The notes: a model not told the origin generated them from the sequence alone. 53,752 bases of DNA from Candidatus Thioglobus sp. (GCA_012964205.1 DTUI01000091.1:1-53752); one strand, 5' to 3'; shown: positions 12,007-22,139, numbered from the stretch's first letter. Translations and numbers: made by a program.

Positions 12007-13461
12007 ATGAACAAAACAAGTTTTAATGCCTATGTTGATCAAGGCTTCAATCATATCCCCGTCTTTAGAGAGGTAATTCTTGATACAGATACTGCGTTAG
12101 GCTTGTATCTTAAGCTTGCAAATAACAACTATAGTTATTTATTTGAATCAGTTCAAGGCGGTGAAAAATGGGGTCGATACTCCATGATTGGGCTTCACGC
12201 TCAAACGGTTATCAAGGTTTTTGATTATGAAGTTCAAATTGAGAAAGATTCAGTTGTGCTTGATCGTTTCACCGTGTCAGATCCATTGGCTTGGATTGAA
12301 CAATACCAGCAGAATTTTAAAGTCCCAGAAATCAATGATTTACCGGAGTTTAATGGCGGTTTAGTTGGTTATTTTGGTTATGAGATTGTTCGTTATATTG
12401 AGCCAAAACTTAAAGATATTAATCTGGTAGACGAGCTGAATATTGCCGATATTTTGTTAATGGTATCGAATGATTTGGTGGTGTTTGATAATCTCGCTAA
12501 TAAGGCATTTTTATTAACTCACATCAATCCTGATACGCATACTTATGAGCAAGCCATTGAGCGCCTTGATGAAATTGAAGCCCAAATTGACAAGCCACTT
12601 GTTAAGCAGTCTTATCAGTCTGATAATTTGACAGCAAATGACTTTACCTCTAGCTTTGGTGAGGAGAATTATAAAAAGGTCGTTGAACAAATTCAGCAAT
12701 ATATTGTTGCCGGTGATGTGATGCAAGTCGTACCATCACAGCGCCTGAGTGCGCCATATAAGGCCCCATCAGTCGAATTATATAGACAGCTAAGAAGGCT
12801 TAATCCATCCCCTTATATGTATTATTTAAATCTAGGTGATGTTGATATTATTGGCTCTTCTCCAGAGATTCTAACGCGTGTGGATGCAGATAGACGTGCC
12901 ACCGTTAGACCTATTGCTGGTACACGCATGCGAGGTAAAGATATAGCTGAAGATCTAGCACTTGAAAAAGAATTACTAGCAGATAAAAAAGAAATAGCAG
13001 AGCATTTAATGCTGATTGATTTAGGTCGTAATGATTTAGGTCGCATTGCGAAAACGGGCAGTGTTAATTTAACCGACAAGATGTTTGTTGAGCGTTACTC
13101 TCATGTGATGCATATTGTTTCAAATGTTGAATGCGATCTGAAAGATGAAGTGAGCGCTATGGATGTGCTTAAGGCAACCTTTCCTGCAGGAACATTAAGT
13201 GGTGCACCTAAAGTACGAGCAATGGAAATTATCAATGAAGTAGAGTCACTTAAGCGTAATATTTATTCAGGTGCGATTGGTTATTTATCTTGGCATGGCG
13301 GAATGGACATGGCGATCGCCATTCGCACAGCAGTTGTTAAAGATGAAATTCTTTACGTACAGGCAGGTGCAGGCATTGTTCATGATTCTGTTGCACAATC
13401 TGAATGGGATGAAACCATGCATAAAGCCAGAGCGTTAATTGCTGCTGCCGAACAAGTTTAA
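12007..13461 (+). CDS. trpE: Anthranilate synthase component I
   Basis: LFESVQGGEKWGRYS, NPSPYM, PIAGT, AEHLMLIDLGRND, GTLSGAPK. Confidence 0.93.
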   Translation: MNKTSFNAYVDQGFNHIPVFREVILDTDTALGLYLKLANNNYSYLFESVQGGEKWGRYSMIGLHAQTVIKVFDYEVQIEKDSVVLDRFTVSDPLAWIEQYQQNFKVPEINDLPEFNGGLVGYFGYEIVRYIEPKLKDINLVDELNIADILLMVSNDLVVFDNLANKAFLLTHINPDTHTYEQAIERLDEIEAQIDKPLVKQSYQSDNLTANDFTSSFGEENYKKVVEQIQQYIVAGDVMQVVPSQRLSAPYKAPSVELYRQLRRLNPSPYMYYLNLGDVDIIGSSPEILTRVDADRRATVRPIAGTRMRGKDIAEDLALEKELLADKKEIAEHLMLIDLGRNDLGRIAKTGSVNLTDKMFVERYSHVMHIVSNVECDLKDEVSAMDVLKATFPAGTLSGAPKVRAMEIINEVESLKRNIYSGAIGYLSWHGGMDMAIAIRTAVVKDEILYVQAGAGIVHDSVAQSEWDETMHKARALIAAAEQV

Positions 13462-13686
13462 TTACATAAAATAATTTTAAATTATTTTTTTTATCCTCTT
13501 GTAATTAATATCATTCATAAAAAGTAGTTTTGTTGTATAAATATTACAGTCTATTTTAAACCCTTTAGTATCAGTACATTATTAAATGATGATAGTGATA
13601 TTATTACAACAAACCTGTATAAAATATAAAATTGATCGATCAAATGATTGATTGATCTGTATTTTAAATTACAAGAGGAGAGAAAC

Positions 13687-14031
13687 ATGAAGAAAATTAT
13701 TTCTTCTATCTCAGCAGTAGCAACTTTAGCAGTATTATTCGTAATGCCGCTTGAAGCAGGTGCTAAAGAGATGTCCGGCAAAGATCTTGCCTTTAATAGA
13801 AAACTAGGTAACTGTCTTGCATGTCATATGATTGTTGGCGGCGGTCAGCCTGGTAACATCGCACCACCTTTAGTGGCAATGAAAGCAAGATTCACTCGTG
13901 ATGCTTTAAGAGCCCAAATTTGGGATGCAACAGCTAAAAATCCAAATTCAATGATGCCTCCATTCGGTAAGCATAAGGCATTAACTGAAGGTCAGATTGA
14001 TAAAATCACTGACTACATTCATACACTATAG
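13687..14031 (+). CDS. soxX: SoxX monoheme c-type cytochrome
   Basis: Signal peptide, GNCLACH heme motif, GNIAPPL and MPPFG; GAGGAG Shine-Dalgarno before ATG 13687. Confidence 0.95.
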   Translation: MKKIISSISAVATLAVLFVMPLEAGAKEMSGKDLAFNRKLGNCLACHMIVGGGQPGNIAPPLVAMKARFTRDALRAQIWDATAKNPNSMMPPFGKHKALTEGQIDKITDYIHTL

Positions 14032-14044
14032 ATCGGAGAATAAG

Positions 14045-14491
14045 ATGAAAAGAAGATTATTTCTAAAAAGTGCAATGGCAGGTTCTGCAGTTGCAACAGC
14101 TGTAGGCGCAGGCTTACTAACACCAACTATGGTGTTTGCAAACTCTGCAGACTTTAAAGCTAAGTCTGATGCAGCGGGTGCTTCATCTGCTGGTGCAGGT
14201 AAAGGTTCATTTAAGTTTAAGGCGCCTAAGATTGCTGAAAATGGTGCAGTAGTACCAATGACAGTAGACGCTTCTAAAATGGAAGGTGTGACTAACATTT
14301 CGTTCTTTGTTACGAACAACTCAACACCATTAGCGGCTTCATTTAACTTGTCAGGTGCTTCAGTAGGTTACGTTTCTACTCGTATCAAGATGGGTAAAAC
14401 TTCTCCAGTAGATGCTTTAGTAACTGCCGGTGGTGCAACAACTAAAGTTTCACAAGAAGTTAAAGTAACGATTGGCGGCTGTGGCGGTTAA
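14045..14491 (+). CDS. soxY: Thiosulfate carrier protein SoxY
   Basis: Tat signal RRLFLK, IAENGAVVP and C-terminal VKVTIGGCGG swinging arm; start moved to ATG 14045. Confidence 0.98.
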   Translation: MKRRLFLKSAMAGSAVATAVGAGLLTPTMVFANSADFKAKSDAAGASSAGAGKGSFKFKAPKIAENGAVVPMTVDASKMEGVTNISFFVTNNSTPLAASFNLSGASVGYVSTRIKMGKTSPVDALVTAGGATTKVSQEVKVTIGGCGG

Positions 14492-14525
14492 TTCGGTAAC
14501 GAATCATATTAATTAGGAGAATACA

Positions 14526-14828
14526 ATGGGAAAAATTAAATTAAAGCCAAAGGCTAGAAAAGGTGTTATCGGAATTAAGGCGCTTATTAAGCACCCTATG
14601 GAGACTGGTTTACGCAAGAAAAAAGGTAAAGTTGTACCTGCAAACCATATCGTACACATGGTTGTATCTCACAACGGTAACGTTGTTGTTGATGCAGACA
14701 TTGGTAGTTCTATTTCGAAAAACCCATACTTTAAGTTCAACGTAGCTGGCGCTAAAGGCGACACTATCGAGCTTAAGTATAAAGATAACAAAGGCAAAAC
14801 TGGTTCTGCGACTGCAAAGTCTAAGTAA
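14526..14828 (+). CDS. soxZ: SoxZ
   Basis: KALIKHPMETGLRK, SISKNPY; no signal peptide, consistent with co-export with SoxY. Confidence 0.97.
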   Translation: MGKIKLKPKARKGVIGIKALIKHPMETGLRKKKGKVVPANHIVHMVVSHNGNVVVDADIGSSISKNPYFKFNVAGAKGDTIELKYKDNKGKTGSATAKSK

Positions 14829-14855
14829 TCAATATTGCTATTTGAGGAGAGATTA

Positions 14856-15677
14856 ATGAAAAAACTAATAACTGCAGTAGTCAGTTTAGGTTTAATGGTT
14901 GGAGCCACATCTGCAATTGCAGATATGGAATCTGATCGTAAAGCCTTTGTTGGCCACTTTAAATCTGTTCTTCCAAATGTTGAATTTGCAGATTTCACTA
15001 ACGGCGTTTACGCAGTTGATGAAGGCTCAAGAGAACAATTTGAAGAGATTTTAGATGGTATTCCACCTTATGAAGAAGCATTAGAAAAAGGTGCTGACGA
15101 GTTCTTGAAGTTTGGTCTTAACAAGTGTGCATCACTTGCAGATCCAGCAGCGGCTCGCATAAAGCACCCATACTTTGATGAAGCTTCACAGCAAGTGGTA
15201 ACACTTGAAGGTGCTATCAAGAAGTGTTACAACCAACAAACTGGCAAGAAGCTAGGCTCTAGTAAAGGTAAGATTGCCCGTATTAGTGCTTGGATTTCTG
15301 ATCAAGCTGCTGGCGAGAAAATCAACGTAATCGTTGAATCTGCTGGTGCAAAGGCTGCATACGCTAAAGGTAAGGCAACTTTCTACGCTAAGCGTGGTCA
15401 GTTCAATATGTCATGTGCTGATTGTCATGTATACAATGCTGGTAAAAAAGCTCGTGCTGATATCTTATCACCTGCGTTAGGTCATACTACACACGTACCA
15501 ATGTATCGTGCGAAATGGGCTGGACTAGGAACACTTCATCGTCGTTATGGTGGTTGTTACAAGAATATGCGTGCTAAGCCATTAAAGTCTCAAACTGAAA
15601 CTTACCGTAACATGGAATTTTTCCATCAAGCGATGAGCAACGGCCTTGAAATCACTGACGCACGTTACAGAAAATAA
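14856..15677 (+). CDS. soxA: SoxA, monoheme type
   Basis: Signal peptide, KRGQFNMSCADCH, active-site GCYKNMRA; only one CxxCH. Confidence 0.96.
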   Translation: MKKLITAVVSLGLMVGATSAIADMESDRKAFVGHFKSVLPNVEFADFTNGVYAVDEGSREQFEEILDGIPPYEEALEKGADEFLKFGLNKCASLADPAAARIKHPYFDEASQQVVTLEGAIKKCYNQQTGKKLGSSKGKIARISAWISDQAAGEKINVIVESAGAKAAYAKGKATFYAKRGQFNMSCADCHVYNAGKKARADILSPALGHTTHVPMYRAKWAGLGTLHRRYGGCYKNMRAKPLKSQTETYRNMEFFHQAMSNGLEITDARYRK

Positions 15678-15682
15678 GGAGA

Positions 15683-16009
15683 ATGAAGATGAAAAAAGTA
15701 TTAATTACAGTTTTATCCGTATTCGCTTTAACAGCGCAAGCTGATTTTCTAGGCGATTCGCATAATTGGAACAAAGGCTCATCTGACCCATTCAAGTCGG
15801 CTATTGCTGCTGCTGAAACTGGCTACAAAGCTAATTTAGCAGTAAACATGGCATGGCGTGATACAGGTAAGATGATTAAAGAAGCTAAAAAGTTACAAGC
15901 ATCAGGCAAAACTGCTGCTGCAGTAGCTTTAGCTAACAAAGCTCACACTCAAACAGTGAACGCTACGGCGCAAACTCCTTTGGCTGCGATTGCAGGTCCT
16001 CTTTTCTAG
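15683..16009 (+). CDS. soxK: SoxXA-binding protein SoxK (probable)
   Basis: Small secreted Ala-rich protein with WRDTGKMI motif directly after a monoheme soxA. Confidence 0.8.
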   Translation: MKMKKVLITVLSVFALTAQADFLGDSHNWNKGSSDPFKSAIAAAETGYKANLAVNMAWRDTGKMIKEAKKLQASGKTAAAVALANKAHTQTVNATAQTPLAAIAGPLF

Positions 16010-16026
16010 GAAAGATTTGATTTGCT

Positions 16027-16059
16027 AAAAAAATACCCCTTAATTGGGGTATTTTTTTT
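16027..16059 (+). terminator. Intrinsic terminator closing the sox operon
   Basis: AAAAAAATACCCC-TTAATT-GGGGTA followed by T8. Confidence 0.9.
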
Positions 16060-16135
16060 GTCTGAAATAAATCAATATCAAAATAAAATTGATGGATAAT
16101 TAATTTTTTATACTTAGTGATTTTATTTAATTTAT

Positions 16136-19100
16136 ATGTCTGAGTTGGGCTTTTGTCATCTACATTGCCAGAGTGAATTTTCAGTAGTTAATTCACTGGT
16201 GCGTATTCCAAAATTGATCGATAGGGCCGTTGAGTTGGGCATGAGTAGTATCGCATTGACTGATGAGTCCAACTTATATGCTGCGGTTAAATTTTACCAA
16301 AAAGCCACTGCCAAAAATATTAAGCCCATCTTCGGCGCTCGAATCAATATCAGAGATGAAGAAAATGAATTCTATTCTGTCTTATTGTTGTGTCAGGATC
16401 ATCAAGGTTATCTAAATCTTTCTGAGCTGATTTCTCTTTCTTATATGCAGGGTCAGTCGACCGAAGGTGTTAGTATTAGTGAGGTCCAATTGATTGAACA
16501 TCAAGAAGGTTTGTTGCTAATTTCTACCCCTGTTTATAGTGATGTGGCAAAGAACCTTTTATCAAACCAGCTTCCTGAAGCTAGAAAAAAAGCACAATTT
16601 TGGCAAGAGGTTTTTTCTGATCGATATTATTTGAGTGTGCAGCGAACCTCAAGAGAGCATGATGAGCGCCATTTGCACTTGTGTATTAATTTAGCTTTAG
16701 AATTGGATATTGCTGTTGTTGCAACTAACGATGTTCAATTTATTAGTCAGACTGATTATGATGCGCATGAGGCGCGAATTTGTATTTCTCAGGGTGGTTT
16801 GTTAGATGATTCAAGGCGTACTCATCATTTTTCTGATCAACAGTATTTGAAGTCAGCTGAGCAAATGCATGAATTGTTTTCAGATTTACCTGAAATTTTA
16901 TTAAATACCGAGCAAATTGCTCACAGGTGTAATCTTCATTTTGAACTGTACAAAAAAAATTACTTGCCAGATTTTCCAATTCCAGATGGTTTGAGTATTG
17001 CTGAATTCTTTACTTTGGAGTCTGAGCAGGGGCTAGATTTACGTTTGAAAAATATTGACGTGGATCGCAATGACTATGATGCTCGATTGAAGTTCGAACT
17101 TGACGTGATTATTCAGATGGATTTCCCGGGTTATTTTTTAATCGTTGCTGACTTTATTCGCTGGTCACGTGAAAATGACATTCCAGTTGGTCCGGGCCGT
17201 GGCTCTGGTGCGGGTTCATTGGTGGCTTATGTGTTAGGTATTACCAATGTAGATCCAATTAAGCATGAGTTGTTATTTGAGCGATTTCTAAATCCAGAGC
17301 GTGTGTCAATGCCTGACTTTGATATTGACTTTTGTACTGATCGCCGTGATGAAGTCATTGACTATGTGGCCAAAAAATACGGTCGTGAAAAAGTATCGCA
17401 AATTATTACCTACGGCACCATGGCTGCCAAAGGTGTAGTTCGAGATGTTGGTCGTGTATTGGGTCATCCTTATGGTTTTAGTGATAAGCTTTCCAAACTT
17501 ATTCCAAATGATTTGAAAATGACGCTTTCTAAGGCATTAATGCCTGATTCTGAGGGTGGTTCAGATGATCTCTTGGCACGTTATGCTTCTGAAGAGGCGG
17601 TAACTGATTTAATCAATTTATCTAAAAAGCTTGAAGGTGTTGTGCGTAATGTTGGTACGCATGCAGGTGGTGTTGTAATTGCGCCTAGTAAGATTAGTGA
17701 TTTTTGTCCTGTTTATAAGGGCGCTGGTGATGATGATGGTGTTGTTTCACAATTTGATAAAGACGATGTTGAAGCGGTTGGCTTGGTTAAATTTGACTTT
17801 TTGGGATTATCAAACTTAACGGTTATTCATAAAGCCATCCAGATGATTGAGGCCAATGGCTTGAGTGATACAAAGATTGATCTAGATGCTTTGCCACTAG
17901 ATGACGAAAAAGTTTATGATTTGCTTCAACGTTGCGATACAACAGGAATTTTCCAGTTAGAGTCGGATGGCATGCGTAGTTATCTAAAAAAACTACAAGC
18001 TGATAATTTTGAAGATATTGTGGCTATGCTGGCCTTATATCGTCCAGGACCGCTAGATGCCGGCATGGTAGATGACTATATTGATGTAAAACATGGTGCC
18101 CAGGTTAAATACCCACATCCAATGTTAAAAGAAATTCTTGAGCCAACAAATGGCGTATTTTTATACCAAGAGCAAGTGATGAAATCAGCCCAGGTTATGG
18201 CTGGTTACTCCCTAGGTGGTGCTGATTTATTGCGTCGAGCCATGGGTAAAAAGAAAGCTGAGGAGATGGATCGCCAGCGTAGTGTTTTTGTGGAAGGCGC
18301 TGCACAAAAAGATATTGACGAAAAGAAAGCTAATGAAATTTTTGATCTGATTGATAAGTTTTCAGGCTATGGATTTAATAAATCACATTCGGTTGCCTAT
18401 GCTTATGTGTCTTATCATACCGCTTGGTTAAAGTCTCATTACCCTGCACCCTTTATGGCGGCAGTACTTTCTGGCATGATGGATGATACCGACCGAGTGT
18501 CGTTTACAGTTGGTGAGATTCGTCAGATGGGATTAACAGTTAATGGTCCTAATGTTTGTTTGTCTGATTATCAATTTAGCATTGCTGATGATCAAACTGT
18601 AGTTTATGGACTTGGCGCCATTAAGGGTGTGGGTGAGGCCTTGGTTGAGCGATTAATGATTGAGCGTGATGCCAATGGTGTGTTTAAAGATTTATTTGAT
18701 TTTTGCTTTAGAATTCAAAAACGCTACTTAAATAGGCGTGCAATGGAGGCGTTGGTTTACAGTGGCGCATTTGATGTGTTTGGTGTCGATAGAGCGAGTT
18801 TAATCAAAACCTACCCCGTAGCAGTTAAACAAGCAGAACAGCGCCAAAATGACCATTCTAGTGGGCAGAGTGGATTGTTTGCCGCTGTAGAAGAGCATTC
18901 AGAATACGAAGTGCATTATATCAATGCCCCAGAGCTATCTTTTAGGCATCGATTACAATTTGAAAAGTTAGTCATGGGTTATTATTTCTATGATCATCCA
19001 ACGGATGAATACAAAGCTGATGCTAAGCACATTAGCGCCACACTACCTTCTCAAATAAAGTTTAGAAATAACAAAGAAGTGCGGGTGTTGGCGTTGATCT

Positions 19101-19573
19101 CGGAGTTACGTTATATGCCTACGCGTAAAGGCGGGCAAATAGCGATTATTAATATTGAGGATGGCCAAATGTCATTAAACGCAGTGGTTTTTACCAAGGC
19201 ACTTGGTGCGGTCAGTGATAAGCTTATCGTCGATGATGTGGTGATTATTTCAGGCAAGATCCAACGAGATGATTACCGTGATGGATGGCAAGTTATTGTT
19301 GATAAAATTGAAAATATCAATGACGTTAAAATGAATTATGCCAAAGGCTTTGAAATTAGATTGGATGCACAGCAACAATCTATTTTTCCAAAAATAGGCG
19401 ATCTATTACAAGCGCATAAAGGCACATGCCCGGTAAAAATTTCTTATCACACGAAACGCTTAAAAGGCAGTATTCCGTTGAGTAACGATTTGAGAGTTAA
19501 TCCTGATCAGGAATTGGTTGAAGCGATTAATACATTGACAAAATCTCAATCTAGCAAGATTCATTATCATTAA
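16136..19573 (+). CDS. dnaE: DNA polymerase III alpha subunit
   Basis: PHP domain, GPGRGSGAGS, ERVSMPDFDIDF, GYGFNKSHS. Confidence 0.98.
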   Translation: MSELGFCHLHCQSEFSVVNSLVRIPKLIDRAVELGMSSIALTDESNLYAAVKFYQKATAKNIKPIFGARINIRDEENEFYSVLLLCQDHQGYLNLSELISLSYMQGQSTEGVSISEVQLIEHQEGLLLISTPVYSDVAKNLLSNQLPEARKKAQFWQEVFSDRYYLSVQRTSREHDERHLHLCINLALELDIAVVATNDVQFISQTDYDAHEARICISQGGLLDDSRRTHHFSDQQYLKSAEQMHELFSDLPEILLNTEQIAHRCNLHFELYKKNYLPDFPIPDGLSIAEFFTLESEQGLDLRLKNIDVDRNDYDARLKFELDVIIQMDFPGYFLIVADFIRWSRENDIPVGPGRGSGAGSLVAYVLGITNVDPIKHELLFERFLNPERVSMPDFDIDFCTDRRDEVIDYVAKKYGREKVSQIITYGTMAAKGVVRDVGRVLGHPYGFSDKLSKLIPNDLKMTLSKALMPDSEGGSDDLLARYASEEAVTDLINLSKKLEGVVRNVGTHAGGVVIAPSKISDFCPVYKGAGDDDGVVSQFDKDDVEAVGLVKFDFLGLSNLTVIHKAIQMIEANGLSDTKIDLDALPLDDEKVYDLLQRCDTTGIFQLESDGMRSYLKKLQADNFEDIVAMLALYRPGPLDAGMVDDYIDVKHGAQVKYPHPMLKEILEPTNGVFLYQEQVMKSAQVMAGYSLGGADLLRRAMGKKKAEEMDRQRSVFVEGAAQKDIDEKKANEIFDLIDKFSGYGFNKSHSVAYAYVSYHTAWLKSHYPAPFMAAVLSGMMDDTDRVSFTVGEIRQMGLTVNGPNVCLSDYQFSIADDQTVVYGLGAIKGVGEALVERLMIERDANGVFKDLFDFCFRIQKRYLNRRAMEALVYSGAFDVFGVDRASLIKTYPVAVKQAEQRQNDHSSGQSGLFAAVEEHSEYEVHYINAPELSFRHRLQFEKLVMGYYFYDHPTDEYKADAKHISATLPSQIKFRNNKEVRVLALISELRYMPTRKGGQIAIINIEDGQMSLNAVVFTKALGAVSDKLIVDDVVIISGKIQRDDYRDGWQVIVDKIENINDVKMNYAKGFEIRLDAQQQSIFPKIGDLLQAHKGTCPVKISYHTKRLKGSIPLSNDLRVNPDQELVEAINTLTKSQSSKIHYH

Positions 19574-19588
19574 CTAAATTGCCCATGC

Positions 19589-21865
19589 TTATTTACACTG
19601 GCGCCAATAATATCGTTTTTCTTCTTGTCGGTAATGACTAATGGTTATTTCATTATTTAACTTAACCTCTATTTGACCAGAACAATTCGTATTTAATATG
19701 GCTATCCCGTGGGCTTTATATCGATCTAATATAGTATTAGCAGGGTGGTTAAATTGATTTTTGTAACCACTTGATACGACAACAAATCTAGGCGATACAG
19801 TCGTTAAAAATAACTCACTAGATGAAGTTTTACTGCCATGATGCGGGCTAATTAAAACATCCGCTTTTAATTTGTTGCCCCAGGTGTTAACTAGGTATTT
19901 TTCTGCCTTTTTTTCTATGTCGCCAGTTAATATTATCGAGTGATTTGAGTTGGAAATTTTAAGCACGCAAGAGCCATTGTTACCACTGAAATTGTGCGAT
20001 ATATTTAACATTTTAAAAACAACCCCATCCCAATTCCAAGATGCCTTATCTTGGCAACGACTAGCAATAGATGAAATTTTATCAGGCACCGAGCTTACAA
20101 TTTCATTAATTGGTAACGCCTTTGACAAACCATTTAAACCGCCTATATGATCATTGTCACCATGTGAGATGACTACCAAATCAATACTATCAACTTGATG
20201 GCTTTTTAAATAAGGAGTGATAACCGCCTCACCAATATTAAAGCCTGAGCGATAGCGTGCACCAGCGTCAAACACTAAAACATGATTTTGGGTGCGAACA
20301 ACGTGAGATAGACCTTGCCCAACGTCAAGTGTGGTGATCACCACCTCATCTTGCGTGATTTTATCAATAGGTTGGAGTAATGCGACTACAGCTAATATAA
20401 ATGCAATTTTTCTCAATTTAAGTGCACTAGGTAATAGCCAAATCAAGATAGAAATAATTAATAACGTAAGTACACTCGTAGATATGAGTGTGTATTGCCA
20501 TTGGTTGAATTTAAAATCTTGTAAATATTGAAGGAAAATTGAGAGATAAATAAGTGACTGATTGGCAACGGAAAAAACAAAATCACTCAATGTGATTAAT
20601 TCCATATAGCTTAAAACAATGCCAAGCAATGAAAAAGGCGTTGTAATGAAGCTAAATACCGGGATGGAAACTATATTGGCAATAGGCGATAAAATAGATC
20701 CGGATGAGAAAAACCAAGCAATAAGAGGTACGGTAGACAAACTAATCAGCAATTGGATATAAAGCAAGCGAAACAACCAGTGTCTATCTTGATGTTGACT
20801 AACACCATAAATAATAACGGCAACCACATAAAATGAAAGCCAAAATCCAACGCTAAAAACGCTCAAAGGATTGGTAACAAGAACCATTAAAAGAGCGCCA
20901 CCATACAACTGCCAAACACTATGATTTCGACGAAAAATTATTGATAAAAAAACCACACATGCCATAATAAATGCTCGTTGTGTTGGAATTGAAAATCCAG
21001 CAATGAGCGCATAACTGAGTGCACTGAATAATCCAAAATAGGCACCAACAATTGAGGCAGGTAGTTTGAGTGCACACAATGAACACTGGCGCCATAAAAA
21101 ACTAAAGAGTAAAAATACAAACCCTGAAATTAGTCCAATATGCAAACCAGAGATGACACTTAAGTGCGTGGTGTTGGTGGATTTAAATAACTCCCAGTGA
21201 CTATCATTAAGAAGTGACCTATCACCAATAATTAATGCATTGATAACACCGATAAACTCTAATTGAGTAATTGAATCAAGTAATCTTTGTCTAATATTTT
21301 GACGAACAGAATCAATTGACAGGCCAGAATTTAACTTTAAAATTTGATTTGAGCTGCTTCGTCTTACATAGCCAGTAGCATCAAATTTTTTAAAGAATAA
21401 CCACTGTTCAAAGTCAAACCCACCTTTATTTTGATAACTATTGTTATGCTTAATTTTAATCAAAAATTTCCATTGGTCGCCACTACGAAGTTTCACTTTT
21501 GATTTGTCATACCAAGCTAATTTAATAGTAGCGTTAAAAGGCTCGATAACATTAAAGATAAATTGAGTTTTGTGCTTACTAATTTTGGGAATATCTGCAA
21601 TAGTGCCAACAACATTAATAGAGGTATTGAAGTATTTTTCATCAATATTAGCTTGTAAAGCATGAATTGAAAATAGACCCATCCAGCCAAAACCGAGTAT
21701 AAAAAATACCAAACTCATAGCAATGGGTTTTTGTCGCTTAAAAGTAGCCAAAATGACCAATATTAGGATAAAAATAAGACTTATTTCAGGTGTCGATAAG
21801 GACAGTGTATTTTTGACTGAAAACACCATAATTCCTAACAGAAAATTAAGAGCAAAAAACACCAT
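19589..21865 (-). CDS. comEC: DNA internalisation competence protein ComEC/Rec2
   Basis: Multi-TM; HLSVISGLHIG competence motif; metallo-beta-lactamase domain DVGQG, SHGDNDHIGG, TGDIE, HHGS. Confidence 0.95.
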   Translation of the reverse strand: MVFFALNFLLGIMVFSVKNTLSLSTPEISLIFILILVILATFKRQKPIAMSLVFFILGFGWMGLFSIHALQANIDEKYFNTSINVVGTIADIPKISKHKTQFIFNVIEPFNATIKLAWYDKSKVKLRSGDQWKFLIKIKHNNSYQNKGGFDFEQWLFFKKFDATGYVRRSSSNQILKLNSGLSIDSVRQNIRQRLLDSITQLEFIGVINALIIGDRSLLNDSHWELFKSTNTTHLSVISGLHIGLISGFVFLLFSFLWRQCSLCALKLPASIVGAYFGLFSALSYALIAGFSIPTQRAFIMACVVFLSIIFRRNHSVWQLYGGALLMVLVTNPLSVFSVGFWLSFYVVAVIIYGVSQHQDRHWLFRLLYIQLLISLSTVPLIAWFFSSGSILSPIANIVSIPVFSFITTPFSLLGIVLSYMELITLSDFVFSVANQSLIYLSIFLQYLQDFKFNQWQYTLISTSVLTLLIISILIWLLPSALKLRKIAFILAVVALLQPIDKITQDEVVITTLDVGQGLSHVVRTQNHVLVFDAGARYRSGFNIGEAVITPYLKSHQVDSIDLVVISHGDNDHIGGLNGLSKALPINEIVSSVPDKISSIASRCQDKASWNWDGVVFKMLNISHNFSGNNGSCVLKISNSNHSIILTGDIEKKAEKYLVNTWGNKLKADVLISPHHGSKTSSSELFLTTVSPRFVVVSSGYKNQFNHPANTILDRYKAHGIAILNTNCSGQIEVKLNNEITISHYRQEEKRYYWRQCK

Positions 21866-22040
21866 AATTAGGACTTATTTTTTAAAAAAATAGTAATACC
21901 CATTGTTTGGTAGTTTAGTAAGTACTAATATGGCGTGAAACCCTTGTTTTAATACGTGAAACACGATTAGTTTTCCTCCATTTTAGGTTTGAGGATGTTA
22001 ATGAGTGTTTTCTAATATTATGGTTTTATATTTAAAATCA

Positions 22041-22053
22041 TAAGTAATTGATA
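22041..22053. promoter_or_regulatory. Putative IHF binding site
   Basis: TAAGTAATTGATA is an exact match to YAANNNNTTGATW in an AT-rich intergenic region. Confidence 0.5.
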
Positions 22054-22139
22054 TTTAATGAAAAATATTAACTGATTAGTTTTTATTCAAAACCATAAGA
22101 AAGAGCAATACATCAACGTTTTTGATACTTTTCAAAGAG

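Noticed and set aside
22122-22135. FNR-like site TTGAT-ACTT-TTCAA
   Set aside because: One mismatch in AT-rich DNA and no clear promoter geometry; cannot be separated from chance.
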